This document shows positions 46,678 through 55,368 of a stretch of DNA of 64,000 nucleotides, piece after piece. Where the stretch lies: assembly GCA_012520175.1 (NCBI GenBank), contig JAAYOU010000001.1, forward strand, positions 14,544 to 78,543, given 5' to 3'. The notes beneath the pieces were generated by a model. It saw only the letters and a program-made list of their open reading frames with translations, ran no database searches and was not told where the DNA came from. Numbering within the stretch: the stretch's first letter is position 1; every line of letters starts with the position of its first letter. Made by a program: the position numbers and the translations under genes. The DNA is from Bacteroidales bacterium. GTDB taxonomy: Bacteria > Bacteroidota > Bacteroidia > Bacteroidales > DTU049.

Positions 46678-48399
46678 TTAATTCAGCACTTTTTTTAATT
46701 CACTTATTAATAGTTCTTTTCGCTTTTCAATATATTCCTCAAAGTTTTTCAATTCTAAGTCTACATTTGGGATTAAATGACTTTCTAAGAATTTTTCCTT
46801 ATCGAAATTTTGGGTTTGCTCATCTACCCATTCTTTCAACGATTTGTCTTTTTTCGACATATTTTCATTTGCATCCAACATTTGAAGATTATAAATAGAA
46901 TTATAAGTCCACCATCCATATTTTTCCTTCAAACCGTCAGTCAAATTATCATAACTTGCTGCTGGATGGATGTGGTCTTTATGAAAGTTATTGTTTTTAT
47001 AATCAAGGTTTGGATATAAAACTGAAAGTATTGAAAATGTGTATTGGTCGTCTTTTTGAGAGGACAATAAGTCTTCAATAAATTCATCACCAACAGTCGT
47101 GTCTTTCTTTATATTTTTATTTATATCGTTTACTGGAAATTCTGTTATTTCAGGTTTAATTTTCAAGTTCTTAATGTCTGATGTAAAAGCTTTTCTTATT
47201 TGAGTTAGAATAGAATCTGCTTGACCACCAAATATTTTCTTAATCAATACAATATGCAACCATTTTTTTATTATTTCCCGTTCTTCCTTAAATTCAATTT
47301 TAGTTGAGTAATCTCTATATATTTGCTTATGATATAAATAATAAACAATCGGAATTATTGCATTCTTAGAAGTCAAAGTATAATCTGTAAATCCGTATGT
47401 TTTCAATAAATCAAAGGCAGATAATATTGCATCTCTAATTTTCTCCCATTCTGTTTCAAATTCTTTTGCATTATCCCTTGAAAAATTAGTAACTCTAAAT
47501 TTAATGTCTTTACTGTATAAAAAAAGGAACGTTTTGAGAACTAAATCTTTTGAAATTGAAAAGCCTTTATCTCTGACGGAATCAACAAGTTTATGAATTT
47601 CCTTTCTAGCATCTTTTTCTGTCCAATTTGCAACTGCAATTGACATAAGCAAATCAGAAAAATTTAAAGGCTCTCCACCACTATTAATTCTAATAAAGAT
47701 ATTTAGGGCTTTATCCAAATCTTGCTCTTTTTCAAGAAAATAATTTATGATTCTATCTGAATGAATTACTTCCTGCAAACGTGCCAAAATATCAATTGAA
47801 AATTCAGAAAGTCCATTGTCAGTTACATACTTATTGAATTTAGATATATTTTTTAATTCTAAAATTTTACCGACACGAAACCATTTATCTTTATAAATTT
47901 CTGCTTGTTTAGTGTCAGAGTCTTTTAAGAAGCTAAACTCATAAGTTCTACCATCTTCTTGTTCTTCAAGTGTTGATGCAATATTCAGATATAATCTTCT
48001 TGTTGGGATACTCCATTCTGAATTTTCCCATTTTCTGCGATATTCTTTATATGCATAGCTACCCTTTAGTCCCACATACAAAGAAGTTAATCTTTGTTGT
48101 CCGTCAAGAATTGCATTAAAAGACCCCATTCCATCAGTTGAAATTTCTTCATTATGAGTTTTGTATCTCTCTCTATATTCGTTAATGAATTTGTAAAATC
48201 TGTAGCCACTTACAGATGCTCCTTCTACATTCCAAAAAAGAAAAGAACTAATTGGATAATTTCTCATTAAAGAATCAAAAAGCCATTCAATTTTTGAACT
48301 TGACCAAACAAATTCTCGTTGAATAGCTGGTAATAAGAATTTATTATTTTCTATATTTTCAACTGCTTCAGCTATAGTAATTGGAGTTTGAAATGACAT
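46678..48399 (-). CDS. DUF262 + DUF1524 (GmrSD-like) nuclease, candidate type IV modification-dependent restriction enzyme
   Basis: N-terminal DUF262/ParB-like region (FLLPAIQREFVW, YPISSFLFW, DGQQRLTS). C-terminal His-Me-finger-like region (HKDHIHPAA ... NLQMLDANENMSKKDK). Confidence 0.85.
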   Translation of the reverse strand: MSFQTPITIAEAVENIENNKFLLPAIQREFVWSSSKIEWLFDSLMRNYPISSFLFWNVEGASVSGYRFYKFINEYRERYKTHNEEISTDGMGSFNAILDGQQRLTSLYVGLKGSYAYKEYRRKWENSEWSIPTRRLYLNIASTLEEQEDGRTYEFSFLKDSDTKQAEIYKDKWFRVGKILELKNISKFNKYVTDNGLSEFSIDILARLQEVIHSDRIINYFLEKEQDLDKALNIFIRINSGGEPLNFSDLLMSIAVANWTEKDARKEIHKLVDSVRDKGFSISKDLVLKTFLFLYSKDIKFRVTNFSRDNAKEFETEWEKIRDAILSAFDLLKTYGFTDYTLTSKNAIIPIVYYLYHKQIYRDYSTKIEFKEEREIIKKWLHIVLIKKIFGGQADSILTQIRKAFTSDIKNLKIKPEITEFPVNDINKNIKKDTTVGDEFIEDLLSSQKDDQYTFSILSVLYPNLDYKNNNFHKDHIHPAASYDNLTDGLKEKYGWWTYNSIYNLQMLDANENMSKKDKSLKEWVDEQTQNFDKEKFLESHLIPNVDLELKNFEEYIEKRKELLISELKKVLN

Positions 48400-48460
48400 G
48401 TTTTTCCTTTTTAAATTTCTATATTATTTGATTGGCACTCTGTTTCTTTACATTGCTTGT

Positions 48461-48537
48461 AACGTCTTATTTCCACCACAAATATACAACATTCGTAAAT
48501 ATTAAACTTATAATATTCGTATATTTTTTGCATTAAA
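48461..48537. repeat. Direct repeat copy 1 (promoter-like) upstream of the GmrSD-like gene
   Basis: 48481-48530 equals 49081-49130 with a single mismatch. On the minus strand it carries TATATTTG (a TAnnTTTG -7 box, complement of 48478-48485). Confidence 0.8.
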
Positions 48538-48556
48538 TTATGCAATTAAAATAGAG

Positions 48557-48994
48557 TCATTTTTCTCCGAAAGTATATCTTATCCCCCACAAACTTCTAA
48601 TATTTAAGTTGCTTTCCACAACTATCTCAGGTGTAAGCTCAAATAAAAGAGAGATCTTTTTAAAATCCTGTAGAGGGTAAATCTCAATCTGTGCAGGAAT
48701 CGTAAATGCATATATGTGGTCAAATTCACGAAAAGGTCCTGCATTTAGCCCTAATCCTACAGAGAATTTATGATAAGTTTTTGGCTTAAAATTAAAGAAA
48801 ACATCAATTTCCATCAATATGTCATCAATTGGTCTATTCACAAACGTTTTTAATTCTCCACTAATCAATTTATTCTGGCTAGTATTTATCCCCAAGGCAT
48901 AAATTGAATAACAGGTAACGCCCATTTGAGAATAAGAATTTACCGATAAAATCAGTAAAAATGTAATTGCAATCAATACAAATTGTTTTTTCAT
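48557..48994 (-). CDS. Small secreted beta-rich hypothetical protein (possible small outer-membrane barrel)
   Basis: Signal peptide MKKQFVLIAITFLLILSVNSYSQ with alternating hydrophobic strands. No domain recognised. Confidence 0.5.
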   Translation of the reverse strand: MKKQFVLIAITFLLILSVNSYSQMGVTCYSIYALGINTSQNKLISGELKTFVNRPIDDILMEIDVFFNFKPKTYHKFSVGLGLNAGPFREFDHIYAFTIPAQIEIYPLQDFKKISLLFELTPEIVVESNLNIRSLWGIRYTFGEK

Positions 48995-49060
48995 GATATA
49001 ATTGTTTAGTTAAATTTATTCCGTCTGTTTCACACTATACGCTGTGTTTGCATTTGCACT

Positions 49061-49138
49061 AACGTCTAATTTACGTAACAAATATACAACATTCGTAAAT
49101 ATTAAACTTATAACATTCGTATATTTTTTTGCATTAAT
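49061..49138. repeat. Direct repeat copy 2 (promoter-like) upstream of the 145-aa gene
   Basis: Exactly 600 bp from copy 1, with the same TATATTTG box (complement of 49078-49085). Confidence 0.8.
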
Positions 49139-49184
49139 AATAGTTGTTATATGTCGCTGTAAATCAATTAAATAAAATAAATAA

Positions 49185-49360
49185 GCAAGTTATGGGGGCG
49201 TCCGCGTAAGTACTTGATACTCAGATAGTTATGCAGCCGCAGCCACTTTCAAACTTTATAACTTTGTAAACTAATAGATTGATACACAAATAGTTACGAG
49301 CCGCACGCCCCAACTAAACACTAAAAACTCAACACTAAACACTACTTTCAAACTTTATAC
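49185..49360. repeat. Intergenic repeat cluster R7: 2 palindromic units plus CTTTCAAACTTTATA and heptamer modules
   Basis: gggggcgtccgcgtaagtacttgatactcagatagttatg (core 49215-23). gattgatacacaaatagttacgagccgc (core 49280-88). ctttcaaactttata occurs twice. aacactaaaaactcaacactaaacac is the reverse complement of heptamers. Confidence 0.85.
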
Positions 49361-50665
49361 TCACTTAATCCCATAAAAAACAAGCCATAAATCATGCTCT
49401 AGCTCAACAGAATTAATCTGCCTTGCAGCTATTTCTTGCAAATACATGTCCAGATTTTTATCTTTTAAATTTTCATAGACATCAATGCTGGCATAAGAAA
49501 ACATGAAACTTTTTAAAAATGCAAAATTATATTTTTCGTTATTTATATAATTTTTTAGCTGCGGAAAATACAGCCATGGACCGCCATTCCAAAACATTTT
49601 GTCGCCATCTTTATATGCTGAAACAGGCTGCATCACAATCGGAATGCGATACATTAACAATGTTTGCGTGTCAAAAACATCTTCCGTCCTTAAAGAGAAC
49701 CCGCGAAGATTCTTAGCATTCCCATCTTCTCTATTCAACCCACTAACATCAGCTTTATCGTGCTTTGGGAAATAAACTTCTTGCAAGTTAAAATCTTTAT
49801 ATGCCGATAAATTCCCATCAATAAACGCTTTGTTTAACGCCGTAAAAAATGTTTCTGCCGAATCTGGATTGAAAAACAACTTAACATTTTTAAAAGAAGT
49901 ATCAACATAAATAAAATTCCTTTTCGACGAATAAATATCGAATTTATCAATGTACAAAACGTTCTTTTTTTCGTTTGACATTTTTATCGACTTCGATTGA
50001 ATTTCATTTCCATCAATAGAAAACTCATGTCTGTTGCCAAAAGGTACACCGTTTTTATAAGAATACTCAAAATGCTTTCTCCCGTTAATAAAATACAACG
50101 TGCGTTTTCCATTATACAATCCTCTTCGAAATTCTGTTTCAGAGCGGATATTTCCATTGCTATAAAATTCAATCTCTTTTCCAGACCTATATCCGCCGGA
50201 AAACTTCATAGTTCCTTTAACAAAAATCGAAGTGTCGAAATTAAAAGCAATATTTGATGAATTAGCTGGAATTTTATTATAAATCTTTCCATATCCCGCA
50301 ATTACGCCACCTTTACCTTTGATTTTAGCCCTACAAAGTTTTGTTTTCCCATTTTTTTTAAAGTTTAAAACTATTTTTTCTTTTCCGTTTTCTGAAAACA
50401 GTTTCCACTTGCCAACCCTACTGTTATTATAGTATTTCCCTACAGATTTAAGATTTCCATTTTTATAATATGATTTGTAATTACCACTTAGCATTCCATT
50501 GCTCCAAGCAGATTCCGTCGAACATTTTTTATGATTTATTTTCTTTACTCCATTAAAATCAGACCATGCTGAAACCATTGCAGAATCAACATACGTAAGG
50601 ATTCCCACCTGTGAGAAAAGGAAAAATTTTATAAGAAAAAAAATGGAGAAAAAGAAAAACCTCAT
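49361..50665 (-). CDS. Secreted MORN-variant repeat (YwqK-like) protein with an unknown C-terminal domain
   Basis: Repeats of the YxxGxxxxxxxYxNGxxxGxW type (YYKNGNLKSVGKYYNNSRVGKWKLF; FYSNGNIRSETEFRRGLYNGK; YFINGRKHFEYSYKNGVPFG). The track start at 50677 is a TTG; the ATG at 50663-50665 gives a signal peptide MRFFFFSIFF. Confidence 0.7.
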   Translation of the reverse strand: MRFFFFSIFFLIKFFLFSQVGILTYVDSAMVSAWSDFNGVKKINHKKCSTESAWSNGMLSGNYKSYYKNGNLKSVGKYYNNSRVGKWKLFSENGKEKIVLNFKKNGKTKLCRAKIKGKGGVIAGYGKIYNKIPANSSNIAFNFDTSIFVKGTMKFSGGYRSGKEIEFYSNGNIRSETEFRRGLYNGKRTLYFINGRKHFEYSYKNGVPFGNRHEFSIDGNEIQSKSIKMSNEKKNVLYIDKFDIYSSKRNFIYVDTSFKNVKLFFNPDSAETFFTALNKAFIDGNLSAYKDFNLQEVYFPKHDKADVSGLNREDGNAKNLRGFSLRTEDVFDTQTLLMYRIPIVMQPVSAYKDGDKMFWNGGPWLYFPQLKNYINNEKYNFAFLKSFMFSYASIDVYENLKDKNLDMYLQEIAARQINSVELEHDLWLVFYGIK

Positions 50666-50678
50666 TTTTATAAACAAT

Positions 50679-51140
50679 TTATTCGTTATTCAAATCAACT
50701 AATTTATTTCTTTTAAGTCTGCAATTGCCCTTCATATCAGACAAATACAAGGCGTATGCTCCTATAAAAGCAACGGTAAAAATCACATCAGGCAAATCTG
50801 TAAGAAACACTACAATTGGCTCAGAATTCCACATGAAATAAGGAATTATCAACAATGTCAACTGAGCAAATGTATAGAAATAAAAGCCATTCCTACATAA
50901 TTTAAACATGAGAAATGCTCCCCAAAAGGATATTGCATAAATAATCAATTTTACAAATGGATATAAAAAACTCGCTCTTGCTGATAGAGAATAAATTGAG
51001 GTGTAGCCTGGAATGCGAGAAAATATTTTTACATATTCAATATCAAAAACACTAAACACGCTAATTAATATTCCCAAAGTCGCACCACACATTGATAAAA
51101 TCGTCAACAAAGCTAAAAAAAATGGTCTTTTCTTTTTCAT
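50679..51140 (-). CDS. Hypothetical 4-TM membrane protein
   Basis: A 153-aa protein with four hydrophobic helices. Its stop lies 13 nt upstream of the MORN gene ATG, so they are probably co-transcribed. Confidence 0.55.
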   Translation of the reverse strand: MKKKRPFFLALLTILSMCGATLGILISVFSVFDIEYVKIFSRIPGYTSIYSLSARASFLYPFVKLIIYAISFWGAFLMFKLCRNGFYFYTFAQLTLLIIPYFMWNSEPIVVFLTDLPDVIFTVAFIGAYALYLSDMKGNCRLKRNKLVDLNNE

Positions 51141-51378
51141 AATTTACTTTCATTTGAAATTCAAAATTATCATTTCTTTTTTAAAAATTGCAATAAATAA
51201 GAAAAACATTTTAAAAAAAACTGTATTTACCACTAATAATGAACCATTGATAAAACTATTAACCATTAAGGAGTTTATAGTTCAAAAGAAAGATTAAAAC
51301 CACTAATACATAATAATATTTGGCATAATAATTGGTAAGTAATTGAGCTGATTTTAAATCGTTAAAAACAAAACCACT

Positions 51379-51864
51379 ATGAAACATTTTATTTTGATTT
51401 TATTTATGTTGTTATCATTTGCGGGGTTTAGTCAGAACTTAGACAGGATAGCAATTTCTTCAGGTGGCATAAGCAGCGACACGCTGAATGCAACCATTGG
51501 GGAAGTATTTGTTTTTTCTATTTCCTCAGGCGGAGTATCGCTTGATGCTGGCTCGCAGAGCGACACTAGCAACACCAGCGGAATTACAGCATCAGAAGTC
51601 TTTGCAGCAAAAGAAACATCTGCTCTTGTTTTTCCGAATCCGGTGAGTGATTTTCTCAATCTTATGATTGAAGGAATTGCTGATGAAACTATAGCGTTTA
51701 GCATTTTCGATGCGTCTGGTCGCTTAGTTCAGCAACACAATTCAGTTCCAGCAAACCATATTTACACCTTGCGTGTACAAAGCTTGTCTACGGGCAATTA
51801 CTTTCTGAGCGGCATTACTGCTTCGGGAAAAACATTTTCAAATATCCAATTTGTTAAACAATAA
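51379..51864 (+). CDS. Small secreted protein with T9SS C-terminal sorting domain
   Basis: Signal peptide and a CTD VFPNPVSDFLNLMIEG...LSTGNYFLSGI...FVKQ. Confidence 0.75.
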   Translation: MKHFILILFMLLSFAGFSQNLDRIAISSGGISSDTLNATIGEVFVFSISSGGVSLDAGSQSDTSNTSGITASEVFAAKETSALVFPNPVSDFLNLMIEGIADETIAFSIFDASGRLVQQHNSVPANHIYTLRVQSLSTGNYFLSGITASGKTFSNIQFVKQ

Positions 51865-51876
51865 AAAAACAGCAAT

Positions 51877-54177
51877 ATGAAAACATTTTACACAAAATCA
51901 TTTTTTATCGTAGTTCTTTTTATTTTTTCACTTTCCATGCTATATGCTCAAACGCCGCAGGCAATTAACTTTCAAGCTATAGCTCGCGATGGAAGTGGAA
52001 ACCCAATGGCTAATACAAACCTTTGTATACGCCTTTCGGTAATAGATAGTGCTGCTGGCGGTGCCATTTCTTATCAGGAACTGCGTGCTTTGCAAACCAA
52101 TGCCAATGGTTCTTTTTCATTTCAAATTGGAGTAAACCCAGACTTCACTACTGAAGGAGAGTTTCAAAGCATTGATTGGGTAACAGGCAACAAGTTTTTA
52201 AAAATAGATTATGACCCAACAAATACATTCACTTTCAATCTTTCATTGGGAACAATTAAATTTGCAACTGTACCCTACGCATTTGTAGCAGAATCAGTTG
52301 TATTTATTGATGCTACAGGAGCACAAAACGGCGATGTATTAGCATATAATTCATCAAGCGGGAAATTTGAGCCATCGGCAGTAACAGGAACAAACTACAC
52401 TGCGGGAATAGGTATTTCTATTGTAGGAAACACAATCAGTAATACCGGCGATTTGAGTGACACCAATGAAATTCAAGCATTATCACTAGATGGTGCTACG
52501 TTGAGTTTATCCAATGGTGGCGGTAGTGTAACTTTACCAACAGGCACAACCTATACTGCTGGTGACGGAATTAATATTGCTGGGAACACCATTTCGGCAA
52601 ATGATACAAGTAATACCAATGAAATTCAAGCATTATCACTAGATGGTGCAACACTAAGTTTATCAAATGGCGGCGGTAGTGTAACTTTGCCAACAGGTAC
52701 AACTTATACTGCTGGTAACGGAATTAATATTGCTGGAAACACTATTTCAGCAATTGATGCAAGCGATACCAACGAATTACAGACTATTAGCATTAGCAAT
52801 GATACAATATTTTTGAGTAAAGGTGGATATGTAGTATTGCCTTCAGCAACAGGTCCAACATATAAAGCGCCCAGTGCAGTAACGATGGAAGCCTCTTCAA
52901 TTCAGGCTTCCCAAGCTACATTGAATGGGATTGCGAATGGATATGGTCTAACAACTTCTGTAGTGTTCGAATGGGGCACTACCTCATCGTATGGCAACAT
53001 GACAACAGCTACCCAGAGTCCCATAACTTCAGAAGTGCTTGTAAGTGCAACAATTTCAGGATTGTTATCGGGAACAACTTATCATTTTCGCATTAAAGCA
53101 CAGAGCACCGAAGGTACAGCATATAGCGATGATATGACTTTTACTACATTAAAATCATTACCACAGCTTACAACAGCCGCTATAGGTTCAGTGCCCGGAG
53201 CAACAGTAACAAGTGGTGGAAACATAACCCATGATGGAGGCTCACCTATAATTGATCGTGGCGTTTGCTGGAGCACTAATCCAAGCCCAACCACAAGCAA
53301 CTATTCCACTTCAAGCGGCACAGGAGTCGGTACTTATACTTCAAATATTAATGGACTTTCAATTGGTAGCACTTACTACGTTCGTGCTTATGCTACAAAT
53401 GAGCTAGGAACCGCCTACGGAAATCAACTAAGCTTTTTAAATGCTGCTGTGCCAACTGTTACCACATCTAGTGTTTCTGATATAAATGGTACCTCAGCAA
53501 AAGCTGGCGGTGCCGTTACTAATAATGGAGGCAGTGCTGTTACAGGACAAGGATTATGCTGGAGCACTAGTCCTAATCCAACAATAGTTAACAGCAAGAC
53601 AACTTCATTTACTGATGCAATGAGCGGTTTATCACTAAATACTGTTTATTATGTTCGTGCTTATGCTACAAATGCCGTAGGAACAGGTTATGGAGCCGAG
53701 TATAGCTTTAATTCTGGTTATGTTATTGGTTCAATACATGCAGGTGGCTTGGTATTTTACAATGATGGTAACGGACATGGCTTTGTTTGTGCTCAAAGCG
53801 ACCAAAGTACAAGTGCTTCATGGGGTTGCACCGGAACAGCTATTGTAGGTACCTCTACAGATATAAATACTGGAGCAGCTAATACCAATGCTATTGTGAC
53901 AGGTTGTGCAGAAGCAAGCTTTGCAGCAAAAATTTGTTCTGACCTTAGCTTAGAATCATATACAGACTGGTATTTACCGAGTTTAGATGAATTAAAATTA
54001 ATGTACACTAATTTACACAAAAAAGGTTATGGCAATTTTTCTACTACGAATAGCTATTGGAGTAGTTCCCAGTATAATGCCTCCCTTGCATGGTACGCCA
54101 TTTTCGGCTTTAACCCTACTTACGCCGAAACTACCAAAAATTATAACTTCTATGTTCGCGCAGTTCGGTCTTTTTAA
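51877..54177 (+). CDS. Large secreted repeat protein with a C-terminal DUF1566 (Lcl C-terminal-like) domain
   Basis: Signal peptide. Three 51-aa tandem repeats. Three Ig/FN3-like modules (GTTYHFRIKAQS; GVCWSTNPSPT...YYVRAYATN twice). C-terminal YTDWYLPSLDELKLMY...YVRAVRSF is typical of DUF1566. Confidence 0.75.
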   Translation: MKTFYTKSFFIVVLFIFSLSMLYAQTPQAINFQAIARDGSGNPMANTNLCIRLSVIDSAAGGAISYQELRALQTNANGSFSFQIGVNPDFTTEGEFQSIDWVTGNKFLKIDYDPTNTFTFNLSLGTIKFATVPYAFVAESVVFIDATGAQNGDVLAYNSSSGKFEPSAVTGTNYTAGIGISIVGNTISNTGDLSDTNEIQALSLDGATLSLSNGGGSVTLPTGTTYTAGDGINIAGNTISANDTSNTNEIQALSLDGATLSLSNGGGSVTLPTGTTYTAGNGINIAGNTISAIDASDTNELQTISISNDTIFLSKGGYVVLPSATGPTYKAPSAVTMEASSIQASQATLNGIANGYGLTTSVVFEWGTTSSYGNMTTATQSPITSEVLVSATISGLLSGTTYHFRIKAQSTEGTAYSDDMTFTTLKSLPQLTTAAIGSVPGATVTSGGNITHDGGSPIIDRGVCWSTNPSPTTSNYSTSSGTGVGTYTSNINGLSIGSTYYVRAYATNELGTAYGNQLSFLNAAVPTVTTSSVSDINGTSAKAGGAVTNNGGSAVTGQGLCWSTSPNPTIVNSKTTSFTDAMSGLSLNTVYYVRAYATNAVGTGYGAEYSFNSGYVIGSIHAGGLVFYNDGNGHGFVCAQSDQSTSASWGCTGTAIVGTSTDINTGAANTNAIVTGCAEASFAAKICSDLSLESYTDWYLPSLDELKLMYTNLHKKGYGNFSTTNSYWSSSQYNASLAWYAIFGFNPTYAETTKNYNFYVRAVRSF
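52384..52842 (+). repeat. In-frame tandem repeat, 3 x 153 bp, inside the DUF1566 protein gene
   Basis: Unit TGT(N/T)YTAG.GI.I.GNTIS...D(T/L)S(N/D)TNEIQALSLDGATLSLSNGGGSVTLP. accaatgaaattcaagcattatcactagatggtgc recurs at 52462 and 52615 (153-bp period). The third unit is diverged. Confidence 0.9.
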
Positions 54178-54216
54178 ATAAGGCAAAAAACTTTGCATAA
54201 ATAATAAAACTGTTAG

Positions 54217-54241
54217 GGAGTTAAGATTTTTTCTTAGCTCC
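54217..54241 (+). terminator. Hairpin downstream of the DUF1566 gene
   Basis: ggagttaag (54217-25) / cttagctcc (54233-41), 8 of 9 bp paired, with loop atttttt. Confidence 0.5.
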
Positions 54242-54333
54242 TTAATGGTTTTAAGCCTTTAATGTATCTTAATCCCTTAATGGTTCAAAAAAAATGGTTC
54301 AAAATCCTATTTTTATATTTTTTACAAATCTTG

Positions 54334-54363
54334 TTTGGCGAATTAAAAAAAAGCGTATCTTTG
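54334..54363 (+). promoter_or_regulatory. Bacteroidota-type promoter (-33 TTTG / -7 TAnnTTTG) for tRNA-His
   Basis: TTTG at 54334-37 and TATCTTTG at 54356-63 (18-nt spacer). The tRNA starts at 54376. Confidence 0.55.
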
Positions 54364-54375
54364 CATTCCCAAAAT

Positions 54376-54450
54376 GGTGAAATTAGCTCAGTTGGTTAGA
54401 GCATCAGGTTGTGGTTCTGAGGGTCGTGGGTTCGAGTCCCATATTTCACC
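54376..54450 (+). tRNA. tRNA-His (anticodon GTG) with genomically encoded G-1
   Basis: G-1 + gtgaaat/atttcac acceptor with discriminator C, anticodon arm tcagg-ttGTGgt-tctga, T arm gtggg-ttcgagt-cccat. Confidence 0.9.
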
Positions 54451-54451
54451 C

Positions 54452-54483
54452 AAAAAAATCCGCTTCAAAGGCGGATTTTTTTA
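54452..54483. terminator. Bidirectional intrinsic terminator (tRNA-His / prsW-like gene)
   Basis: An A-run, stem aaatccgc (54456-63) / gcggattt (54471-78) with loop ttcaaag, then a T-run. Confidence 0.75.
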
Positions 54484-55272
54484 TTTCTTTTTATGAAATT
54501 TTTGCTTTAGACTTTCTTTTTTCTCTGCCAGCTTTTCTTTAAAGCTAGTATGCTTTGCATCCTCTAAATCTTTCAGCCATTTTTTCCTCCTAACATAAGG
54601 AGAATATTTTTGCGATTTCTTTATCAAAAACAAAGAGATAATTATTCCAACTAAAAGAACTAAAAATGAAATGGAATTAAAGCCTAACGGCATCCAGTAT
54701 GCTAATAAGAAAAAATCATAAAGTCCATGGACAAAAACAGCTGAAATAAATCCCGTAAAAACAAGTAATGTGCGGCGTCTAGCAAAAGTAAACCTTGCCA
54801 GCCCCATAAAATGCCCCATAAAAACTGCAAACACAAAATGAGCCGGCACAGCTGTTAAAGAACGTACTATTGCTGTTGAAAAAATATTTTCAGAAGCCAA
54901 AAGATATAAAACTGACTCAGCAAAAGCAAATCCTAAAGACAGCATAACAGAATAAATAATCCCATTTATAGGCTCCGAAAAAAACTTTTTCCTATAAAAA
55001 AATATGCGTAAAAAGGCGAATTTACAAGACTCTTCAGTAAGAGCTACCACGCCAAAAGAAAAAATAAACAATAACCAAAAATTTTCTTTTATATCAAAAG
55101 CAAATATTTCATTAAAAAGCAACTCTATAACAAAAGCAAATAAAATTGAAACACAGCCTAAAACAAAAGCTAGTGCCAGCCATTGAAGCGGCTCTCTTTT
55201 GTATTTATCTTTAAAATACATAAACATCCCTAATGCTAATGCTGGAGCCAATGCCAATGAAAAAATAAGCAT
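54481..55272 (-). CDS. PrsW-family intramembrane metalloprotease
   Basis: Polytopic protein with an EESCKFAF motif and HGLYDFF, typical of the PrsW/CAAX-like family. Confidence 0.8.
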   Translation of the reverse strand: MLIFSLALAPALALGMFMYFKDKYKREPLQWLALAFVLGCVSILFAFVIELLFNEIFAFDIKENFWLLFIFSFGVVALTEESCKFAFLRIFFYRKKFFSEPINGIIYSVMLSLGFAFAESVLYLLASENIFSTAIVRSLTAVPAHFVFAVFMGHFMGLARFTFARRRTLLVFTGFISAVFVHGLYDFFLLAYWMPLGFNSISFLVLLVGIIISLFLIKKSQKYSPYVRRKKWLKDLEDAKHTSFKEKLAEKKESLKQKFHKKK

Positions 55273-55368
55273 AAAAACAAAAATTTAGTAATTTTACGCA
55301 AAAATAAGCTCTTTTTTAAATACTCCAATTTTTAAAAAAGATTATTAAAATTATTAAAACAAAAACCA

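Noticed and set aside
1300-49360. Switch of the palindrome centre base (TGATTATCA in clusters below 13 kb, TGATAATCA above 23 kb) as a replication-strand or origin marker
   Set aside because: When the asymmetric GC-rich arm is used to orient units, both orientations occur within single clusters (for example R1 and R4). The centre base is therefore not a reliable orientation marker. No dnaA, DnaA-box cluster or gene-orientation switch is visible.
43344-51140. Prophage or integrative element with integrase and att sites bounding the nuclease island
   Set aside because: There is no integrase, transposase, or phage structural or replication gene in the window. No tRNA lies at either border. I found no convincing direct repeat between the left border (43344-43444) and the right-hand intergenic regions. 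The island is therefore called accessory only on gene content, repeats and apparent AT-richness.
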